Positions 57,029 through 64,000 of a DNA stretch of 64,000 nucleotides are shown here, in pieces. The notes under the pieces were generated by a model. It was not told where the DNA came from. It saw nothing but the letters and a program-made list of their open reading frames with translations, and did no database searches. Source of the stretch: Patescibacteria group bacterium (GTDB lineage: Bacteria; Patescibacteriota; Minisyncoccia; UBA6257; 2-01-FULL-56-20); contig JAGXBC010000003.1 of the NCBI GenBank assembly GCA_018971305.1, positions 92,325 to 156,324 on the forward strand, read 5' to 3'. The first letter of the stretch is position 1; each line of letters opens with the position of its first letter. The translations under genes and the position numbers were made by a program.

Positions 57029-58696
57029 ATGCTCGCCGATGAACTGAAACAATTTTTTCACGGAGACGTTCTTGACGATGGAAAAACCCTCGCGACCTAT
57101 AGCCGCGATTATTCTATTTTTAAGGTGAAGCCGCAAGCAGTAGTTTTTCCGAAAAACGCAGAAGACGTTAAAAATCTGGTGAAATTTTCAGTTAAGGCGA
57201 AAGGATCCGGTACGGACATTTCGCTCACCGCTCGTTCGGCCGGAACGGATATGTCGGGCGGACCCCTGAACAATTCCGTAATAGTGGAATTTGCCAAATA
57301 TTTCAATCAAGTAAAAGAAATTAAACAATCCGCGGAAGGTGGTTCAGCCGTAGTCCAGCCGGGAGTTTATTTCCGCGATTTCGAAAAAGAATTAAAAAAA
57401 ATCGGTTTACTATATCCGCCCTATCCCGCATCTAAAGACTTGTGCGCCCTTGGTGGAATGATTTCCAATAATTCCGGCGGCGAGAAAACTCTCGCTTATG
57501 GGAAAACGGAGGATTATGTAGAAGAGTTGAAGGTAGTCCTGAGCGATGGCGAAGAACACACTATAAAACCATTATCCAAAGAAGATCTAAAAACAAAAAT
57601 TCAAGAAGATGGTTTTGAAGGCCGATTATATAAAAGAATTTATGAATTAATTGAAAACAACTACGATGCCATACGCGCAGCGAAACCGGACGTTTCCAAA
57701 AATTCGGCAGGTTACTATTTGTGGAATGTCTGGGATGGGCAAACATTTGATTTGAATAGATTGTTCGTCGGTTCCCAGGGAACGCTGGGTTTGGTTACGG
57801 AGGCCAAATTAAGGCTGGTGAGGGAGAAAAAATACAGCAGATTGGCAGTGGTGTTTTTGAAGGATCTTGCGCCTCTAGCCGATCTTGTGGTGGAAATCCT
57901 TAAATTCAAACCGGAAAGTCTGGAATCTTATGACGACAAAACGCTGAATGTAGCCCTGAAATATTTGCCCGAAATCGTTAAATCTATGGGCGGACATTTC
58001 TTCAAACTCATCTGGCAGTTTTTGCCGGAAGCGATGATGGTTTTGCGGGGTGGTTTGCCCAAAATGGTGCTTATTATTGAATTGAACGATGATGACAGCA
58101 ACGAATTAGAGAAGCGGCTTTTTGCTTTGCGAGCGGCCGTAAAAACATTCTCCGCCAAGAGCGGCGGAGTACAGGCGCGCATTCTTAAAAGCGAAGAAGA
58201 AGCGGAGAAATATTGGACAATCCGCCGCCAGAGCTTCGCTCTGCTTCATAATCATTCTATTAATAAAGATACGGCGCCGTTTATAGACGACTTAATAGTC
58301 AAACCGGAATATCTGCCTAAATTTCTTCCAGAACTTAATGTTATTTTGGATAAATATAAAAAAGATCTGGTGTATACTATCGCAGGTCATCCGGGCAACG
58401 GTAATTTCCATATTATCCCCTTAATGGATTTAAAGCGGGAACGCATCCGCGCCCTCATACCCAAGATATCGGAAGAAGTTTATAGCCTGGTCTTTAAATA
58501 CAAGGGTTCTATAACTGCGGAGCACAATGACGGCCTGATCCGCACCCCGTATCTGGAAAAAATGTATGGCAAAAAAATTGTAGAACTTTTTGCAGAGGTC
58601 AAGAAAATTTTTGACCCGCTTGATATTTTCAATCCCGGGAAGAAAGTTGGCGGCAACCTGGATTATATGATAAGTAAGATAGAGAGTTCAAGATAG
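57029..58696 (+). CDS. FAD-linked oxidase (GlcD / D-lactate dehydrogenase-like)
   Basis: RSAGTDMSGG, GGMISNNSGG, GSQGTLG, GHPGNGNFH, AEHNDG, FNPGK. Confidence 0.9.
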   Translation: MLADELKQFFHGDVLDDGKTLATYSRDYSIFKVKPQAVVFPKNAEDVKNLVKFSVKAKGSGTDISLTARSAGTDMSGGPLNNSVIVEFAKYFNQVKEIKQSAEGGSAVVQPGVYFRDFEKELKKIGLLYPPYPASKDLCALGGMISNNSGGEKTLAYGKTEDYVEELKVVLSDGEEHTIKPLSKEDLKTKIQEDGFEGRLYKRIYELIENNYDAIRAAKPDVSKNSAGYYLWNVWDGQTFDLNRLFVGSQGTLGLVTEAKLRLVREKKYSRLAVVFLKDLAPLADLVVEILKFKPESLESYDDKTLNVALKYLPEIVKSMGGHFFKLIWQFLPEAMMVLRGGLPKMVLIIELNDDDSNELEKRLFALRAAVKTFSAKSGGVQARILKSEEEAEKYWTIRRQSFALLHNHSINKDTAPFIDDLIVKPEYLPKFLPELNVILDKYKKDLVYTIAGHPGNGNFHIIPLMDLKRERIRALIPKISEEVYSLVFKYKGSITAEHNDGLIRTPYLEKMYGKKIVELFAEVKKIFDPLDIFNPGKKVGGNLDYMISKIESSR

Positions 58697-58754
58697 AACT
58701 CGCAAGCCGAACAAGCGAAATAAACAAGGAAAATGGTTCGTATTATTTTAAGGG

Positions 58755-61241
58755 ATGAATTCAATGATAAACAAGAAAAAAGATAAAGCAGAAATATATA
58801 AAAGAAATATTCCGACCATCCTTGTTATTTTTGGAGTTACGGGCGATCTCACAAGAAAAAAAGCTATACCTGCGCTTTTCCATCTATTCGTTAAAGGACA
58901 ATTGCCACGGATGTTCCGGCTTATCGGTTTTTCCCGCCGCGATATTCCGCAAAAAGATTTTAGGAAGTATGTCGAGGAGATAATCGTTAAACATTTCGGC
59001 AATAAAACAGACAAAAGGCGGCTGAAAAATTTTCTGGAATTTTTGGAATATAGGCGCGGCAGATTCGGAAAAGGCAGCGATTATAAAGAGCTGGCCAAAA
59101 CCCTCAAGGCCGTGGATGACAATTGGGGTGTTTGCGCTAATAAATTGTTTTATTTGGCAGTTCCTCCGAAGCTCTACGAAACGATATTTACCCATCTGGC
59201 GGCAAGCGAGTTGACCAAGCCTTGCGGACCGAACGAGGGCTGGACCCGCGTTATCATAGAAAAACCATTTGGCAATAACGAAAAAAGTGCCAAGGCCCTG
59301 GATAAACGCCTTTCTCAACTCTTCAAAGAAGAACAGATTTACCGCATCGACCACTATCTGGCCAAAGAGATGTTCCAGAATATTTTGGCCTTCAGATTTT
59401 TCAATAATCTTTTTGAAGACCGTTGGGGCAAAGACCTTATCGAAACGATCTACGCGCGCGAGTGGGAGAATATCGGCGTGGAACATCGCGGTGCTTTCTA
59501 CGATGCCGTCGGCGCTCTTCGCGATGTGGGCCAGAACCATCTTTTACAAATGGCGGCATTGACCACAATGGATCAGCCGGAGAATTTGACGGCGGAGTCA
59601 ATACGGAAGAAACGGGCCGATATCCTAAAAACTTTTATTCCGCCAACAACCCAAGACGTAAAGCGGAATACTTTCCGTGCGCAATATGAGGGCTACGGTT
59701 CTATAAAAGGAGTTAAGCGGCATTCCGATACCGAAACGTATTTCCGCGCTAAGGCATTTTTATCCCATCCCAAATGGCAAGGAGTGCCGATAATTATGGA
59801 AGCTGGCAAGCGTCTTTTGCCTCCGAAGAAAAAAGAGGAGATAACCGAGATAGAGGTCGTTTTCCGTCATCCGCAACCATGCTTATGCGCCAGCTTGAGT
59901 GAAGAAGGCGCGGCGGGGAGACACTATAAAAATTCTCTTATATTCCGCCAAGATCCAAAAGAAGGAATTACGATACGGTTTTGGTCAAAAAAACCTGGGC
60001 ATGTTCTAAAAATAGAGGAGCGAACGTTTGAATTCAATCTTCGCGATACGAACAGCACCGGACAGAAAGCGCAATACACGGAAGAGTACGAGAAACTACT
60101 TTTGGACTGCATCGCTGGGGACCAGACGCTTTTTGTCTCAAGCGGAGAAGTCGTAAGCAGCTGGAGGTTCATAGATCCGATAATAACTGCCTGGGATAAA
60201 GGTGTTGTTCCGCTTAAACATTACAAACCCGATTCTCTAGATATAACCAAGGAAGCGGCTGATTACGTTACCGCGGCAACCAATAGTTTTCTCGAGATAA
60301 AAAAGGAGATAGGTATTATCGGTCTCGGCAAAATGGGTGCGAATTTATCTCGCCAGCTTCACGCCAGGGGCTGGAAGGTTTTTGCCTGGAATAGAAATGG
60401 TGCTATAGCGAAAGAACTGGAAAACAATGGGGTATTGCGGGCGACCGCGACCACGGAGGAACTTCTGGCGAAACTTTCCGCGCCGCGAATTGTTTGGCTG
60501 ATGCTTCCCGCTTTCGCCAAGGCTACGGCGGGCAAGCCCGCAGGCAAACCAGTGGACGAATTCCTTTTCGGTAAATCGGGCATAGTAAAATATTTACGCA
60601 AAGGAGATATTGTTATTGACGGAGGGAATTCATTCTATGCGGATTCCGTTCGCCGGGCAAAAAAATTGAAGGATTTGGGAATTAATTTTTTGGACATCGG
60701 CGTTTCCGGCGGTCCCAGCGGCGCTTTAAATGGCGCTTGCCTTATGATCGGCGGAGAGAGAAAGATTTATAGCCGGTTGGAAGTATTATTTAACGATCTG
60801 AGCGTGGAGAATGGTTATGGATATATGGGCAAGGCCGGCGCGGGGCACTTTGTGAAGATGGTGCATAATGGCATGGAATACGGCATGATGCAGTCGCTCG
60901 CTGAGGGCTTCGCGGTTCTTAAAAAATCTCCTTTCAAATTGAATCTACGCGAAGTAGCGGAAGTTTATAATCACGGCAGCGTGATAACTTCGCGGCTTGT
61001 CGGCTGGTTAAAGAACGGGCTTGAGGCCTACGGCGAAAACCTAAAAAGCGTTTCCGGATCGGTTGCCCATACCGGAGAAGGGGAATGGACGGTAAAAACA
61101 GCCAAGAAACTAAATGTTCCGACTCCGATAATAAAAGCATCGTTTGATTTCAGAAAAGCATCTTTCAAACAACCAAGCTATATCGGCAAACTGCTTTCCG
61201 TTTTGCGAAATCAGTTCGGGGGTCATTCGATAAAGAAATAA
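58755..61241 (+). CDS. Fused glucose-6-phosphate dehydrogenase / 6-phosphogluconate dehydrogenase (Zwf-Gnd)
   Basis: GVTGDL, EKPFG, RIDHYLAK; then IGLGKMG, DGGNS, VSGG, GHFVKMVHNG, RNQFGGH. Confidence 0.93.
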   Translation: MNSMINKKKDKAEIYKRNIPTILVIFGVTGDLTRKKAIPALFHLFVKGQLPRMFRLIGFSRRDIPQKDFRKYVEEIIVKHFGNKTDKRRLKNFLEFLEYRRGRFGKGSDYKELAKTLKAVDDNWGVCANKLFYLAVPPKLYETIFTHLAASELTKPCGPNEGWTRVIIEKPFGNNEKSAKALDKRLSQLFKEEQIYRIDHYLAKEMFQNILAFRFFNNLFEDRWGKDLIETIYAREWENIGVEHRGAFYDAVGALRDVGQNHLLQMAALTTMDQPENLTAESIRKKRADILKTFIPPTTQDVKRNTFRAQYEGYGSIKGVKRHSDTETYFRAKAFLSHPKWQGVPIIMEAGKRLLPPKKKEEITEIEVVFRHPQPCLCASLSEEGAAGRHYKNSLIFRQDPKEGITIRFWSKKPGHVLKIEERTFEFNLRDTNSTGQKAQYTEEYEKLLLDCIAGDQTLFVSSGEVVSSWRFIDPIITAWDKGVVPLKHYKPDSLDITKEAADYVTAATNSFLEIKKEIGIIGLGKMGANLSRQLHARGWKVFAWNRNGAIAKELENNGVLRATATTEELLAKLSAPRIVWLMLPAFAKATAGKPAGKPVDEFLFGKSGIVKYLRKGDIVIDGGNSFYADSVRRAKKLKDLGINFLDIGVSGGPSGALNGACLMIGGERKIYSRLEVLFNDLSVENGYGYMGKAGAGHFVKMVHNGMEYGMMQSLAEGFAVLKKSPFKLNLREVAEVYNHGSVITSRLVGWLKNGLEAYGENLKSVSGSVAHTGEGEWTVKTAKKLNVPTPIIKASFDFRKASFKQPSYIGKLLSVLRNQFGGHSIKK

Positions 61242-61269
61242 AACCGTTCGGAAAGCGTATAATATTGAT

Positions 61270-62364
61270 GTGGCAACGAAAGGCACGTTCGATCCCGAAT
61301 ACGAAATAGAGATAAATAAACCGGAGCTCGGCCTCCGGGGATTTTTGGTTATAGACAATACCGTTTTGGGCCCCGGCAAGGGCGGCATTAGGATGACCGC
61401 CAACGTGACGATGGAAGAAGTGAAGCGCCTCGCGCGGACAATGACCCGGAAAAATTCTTTGGCAGATATTCCATTTGGCGGCGCCAAAGCTGGAATTATT
61501 ATGCCCAAAGGCGTTTCTCCGGAAAAGAAAAAAGGACTGGTACGGGGCTTCGCGCTTGCTTTAAAAGAATACATTCCTTCGCGCTATATTGCGGGACCGG
61601 ACGTAAACAGCGGCGAGCAGGAAATGCAGTGGTTTGCGGAAGCGCTCGGCGATAATAAAGCGGCAACGGGCAAACCCGCGGCTATTGGCGGATTACCGCA
61701 CGAATTGGGCAGTACCGGTTTTGGCGTGGCGCAGGCAACAAAAATCGCCGCAGAGATCGCCGGAATAAATATTAAAGATGCCACGGTCGCCATAGAAGGT
61801 TTTGGTAACGTTGGCACATTCGCTTTTAAATACCTACAAGAGATGGGCGCAAAAATCGTTGCCATTTCCGATAGCAAAGGGAATATTTACTCTAAAGACG
61901 GCTTGGACTACGAAACGGCAATGGCGGTAAAGAAGAAAGAGGGTTCGGTAATTCACTACAAAGGCGCGCAAAAGCTTTCTGCCGACGACTTCTTCGGTTT
62001 GCCCGTAGACATTTGGATTCCCGCGGCAGTAACAGACGTTGTCAATGATTCCAATAAAGATAGAATTCGAGCGAAAATGATAGTTGAGGGTGCTAATATC
62101 CCGATGAGCGAAAAAATAGAGAACGAGCTTTGGCAAAAGGGGATTATAATCGTTCCCGATTTCGTGGCCAATATGGGCGGAGTCATTTCTTCTTACGCCG
62201 AATATATTGGTTACACACCGGATAAAATGTTCCAGTTAGTGGAAGAAAAAGTAATCGGTGCCACGCGTGCGGTTATGGAAAAATCATTGCGCGAAAAACG
62301 CAATCCGCGCGAAGTGGCGATGGAGATAGCCGAGAAAAGGATTTTACAAGCAAATAGAAATTAA
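61270..62364 (+). CDS. Glu/Leu/Phe/Val dehydrogenase
   Basis: GPGKGGIR, GGAKAG, GPD, EGFGNVG, EGAN, PDFVANMGGV. Confidence 0.92.
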   Translation: MATKGTFDPEYEIEINKPELGLRGFLVIDNTVLGPGKGGIRMTANVTMEEVKRLARTMTRKNSLADIPFGGAKAGIIMPKGVSPEKKKGLVRGFALALKEYIPSRYIAGPDVNSGEQEMQWFAEALGDNKAATGKPAAIGGLPHELGSTGFGVAQATKIAAEIAGINIKDATVAIEGFGNVGTFAFKYLQEMGAKIVAISDSKGNIYSKDGLDYETAMAVKKKEGSVIHYKGAQKLSADDFFGLPVDIWIPAAVTDVVNDSNKDRIRAKMIVEGANIPMSEKIENELWQKGIIIVPDFVANMGGVISSYAEYIGYTPDKMFQLVEEKVIGATRAVMEKSLREKRNPREVAMEIAEKRILQANRN

Positions 62365-62397
62365 AAATCTGCTCAAAACAAATGCTATAATTAATTT

Positions 62398-63369
62398 ATG
62401 ATCTACGACGACATAAAACATTTCAATAAGCAATTCGAGTACGAACCGAAAGTTGAAAACGCAACGAAATTAAAGAAGTTCAAGAAATTCCTTGTGGTGG
62501 GAATGGGCGGCTCGCATTTGGCCGCGGATATCCTGAAATCCTGGAAACCGGACATAGATATTGTTGTCTGGAACGATTACGGCCTGCCGCCGCTTAAAGA
62601 CGTCAAGGAAAGGCTGCTCATTGCTAATTCTTATTCCGGAAAAACTGAGGAGACGATAGATTCTCTTAACGCCGCTAAGGCACACCACGTTTCGTCTGCC
62701 GTGATAAGCACTGGTGGAAAACTTATCGGACTGGCGCAAAAACACAAACTTCCTTACGTGCAAATGCCGGATCTCCATATGCAGCCGCGGATGGCGTTGG
62801 GACTTAATCTGCGGGGATTGTTGGCCTTGATGGGGGATAAGTCGTGGCTTAACGAAACGCTTGAACTCGCGAAGGAGCTACATCCGGCAAGGCACGAGAT
62901 AGGCGGTAAAGCGCTTGCTAAGCGTTTATATGGAAGCGTGCCTATAATTTACGCTTCTTTAAAGAATCAATCTGTCGCCTACAACTGGAAAATAAAATTC
63001 AACGAAACAGGAAAAACTCCGGCCTTTATGAATGTTTTTCCGGAACTGAACCATAACGAAATGACGAGTTTTGACGTTAAACTGCGCACCGCGACCCTAT
63101 CCAAAAATTTCCATTTTATATTTCTGAAGGATATAGATGACGACAAAAGGATAATCCGAAGAATGAACATCCTGGAAAAACTTTTATTTGATCGCGGCTT
63201 TAAGGTTGAGGCGCTCTTTATGCAGGGCAAAAATCGCCTGCAGAAAATATTCAATTCGCTTAACCTCGCCGATTGGACGGCATATCACACCGCCCTACAG
63301 TACGGCGTTGAGCCGGAACAAGTCCCGATGGTGGAGGAATTCAAAAAACTTATGGTTCCAAGGGGATAA
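62398..63369 (+). CDS. Bifunctional phosphoglucose/phosphomannose isomerase (SIS domains)
   Basis: GMGGS, SYSG.TEET, QPR, NETGK, PELNHNE. Confidence 0.9.
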   Translation: MIYDDIKHFNKQFEYEPKVENATKLKKFKKFLVVGMGGSHLAADILKSWKPDIDIVVWNDYGLPPLKDVKERLLIANSYSGKTEETIDSLNAAKAHHVSSAVISTGGKLIGLAQKHKLPYVQMPDLHMQPRMALGLNLRGLLALMGDKSWLNETLELAKELHPARHEIGGKALAKRLYGSVPIIYASLKNQSVAYNWKIKFNETGKTPAFMNVFPELNHNEMTSFDVKLRTATLSKNFHFIFLKDIDDDKRIIRRMNILEKLLFDRGFKVEALFMQGKNRLQKIFNSLNLADWTAYHTALQYGVEPEQVPMVEEFKKLMVPRG

Positions 63370-64000
63370 TTAATATCCCGAAAAATCTTCGGTCTTGATG
63401 TAGTCATCGTCAATGCCAGCGTTGTTCAACACCTGCCGCATAGCGGACACCATAGTTTGCGGTCCGGCGGAATAATAGATCGGTTTTGTTAGATCGCCTA
63501 CGTATTTAGCGATCATTTCTTTATTGATATAGCCCGTTTCACCAGTCCATTCTTGTTGGGAATTTTTCATATCCGTCATTGTCCCGATAAATCTGTAGTT
63601 GGGATTTTGTTTTTCCAATTCCTGCAGCTCTTTGAGAAATGCCGTGTCTTCCGGTCTGCGGTTGGAGTAGAATAAAAATATTTTATGCGGCAATTTTCTG
63701 GCTGAGGCATCAAGCACTATGGAACGCACAGGTGTAATGCCGATACCGCCCATTAACAACACCGCAGGTTTGGACGGATCGTTATGCAGGGTAAAAGAGC
63801 CAAAAGGAAGCTCGGCTTTTACTTCGAGTCCCATAGTGGCGGATTTTAGGACACGCTTGAAGGCAGTGTCACGCATACGTGTGGCAATCATGAGATATTC
63901 TTCCTGTGGAGAACTCGCTATGGAGAATGGCCTGTTATTTCCCTCGGCATCGGTTTCCGGGGGGTTAATAAGGGTCATTTCCAAATACTGACCCGCCCTA
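63370..64000 (-). CDS. FAD/NAD(P)H ferredoxin-reductase-like oxidoreductase (5' end outside window)
   Basis: AGQY, RPFSIASSP, GGIGITP, YSNR, AGP..MV, EDFSGY; frame open to the window edge. Confidence 0.88.
   Translation of the reverse strand, partial: RAGQYLEMTLINPPETDAEGNNRPFSIASSPQEEYLMIATRMRDTAFKRVLKSATMGLEVKAELPFGSFTLHNDPSKPAVLLMGGIGITPVRSIVLDASARKLPHKIFLFYSNRRPEDTAFLKELQELEKQNPNYRFIGTMTDMKNSQQEWTGETGYINKEMIAKYVGDLTKPIYYSAGPQTMVSAMRQVLNNAGIDDDYIKTEDFSGY

Noticed and set aside
1-64000. CRISPR array, rRNA, integrase, transposase or prophage structural genes
   Set aside because: No regularly spaced direct repeats, rRNA-like tracts or recognisable mobile-element proteins seen

Overview
Chromosomal window of a small-genome bacterium, most consistent with Patescibacteria/CPR (Parcubacteria-like). 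The basis is compact, mostly Shine-Dalgarno-less housekeeping genes, short SMC/UvrA/UvrC, PGI/PMI and GC-rich palindromes inserted in genes; TGA is used as a stop (code 11). The backbone carries tRNA-Lys, tRNA-Ala, rnhB, rpmF, nusB, rnc, smc, rpsP, khpA, efp, mnmA, uvrABC, greA, tsaC, a zwf-gnd fusion, a MacAB-like exporter and several secreted hydrolases. The strongest candidate for an undescribed system is a self-contained four-gene ubiquitin-like conjugation operon (32725-35622): a multi-pass membrane/coiled-coil protein ending in an E2-like HP..C domain, a JAB/JAMM peptidase, a ThiF/E1 enzyme and a 70-aa Ubl ending in Gly-Gly. Other notable loci are: an aaRS-paralog / SAM methyltransferase / MccF / aaRS-like cluster (19877-24081); a LexA-DNA methyltransferase fusion converging on a putative restriction endonuclease (27691-29890); a secreted Cys-rich Hint-domain protein; an intact tRNA-Lys nested inside a split, palindrome-interrupted tRNA-Lys; palindromes inserted in frame in core genes; and three apparent translation-initiation classes (leaderless, AAAGGTCG-leader, SD). 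All calls come from reading the sequence; no searches were run.
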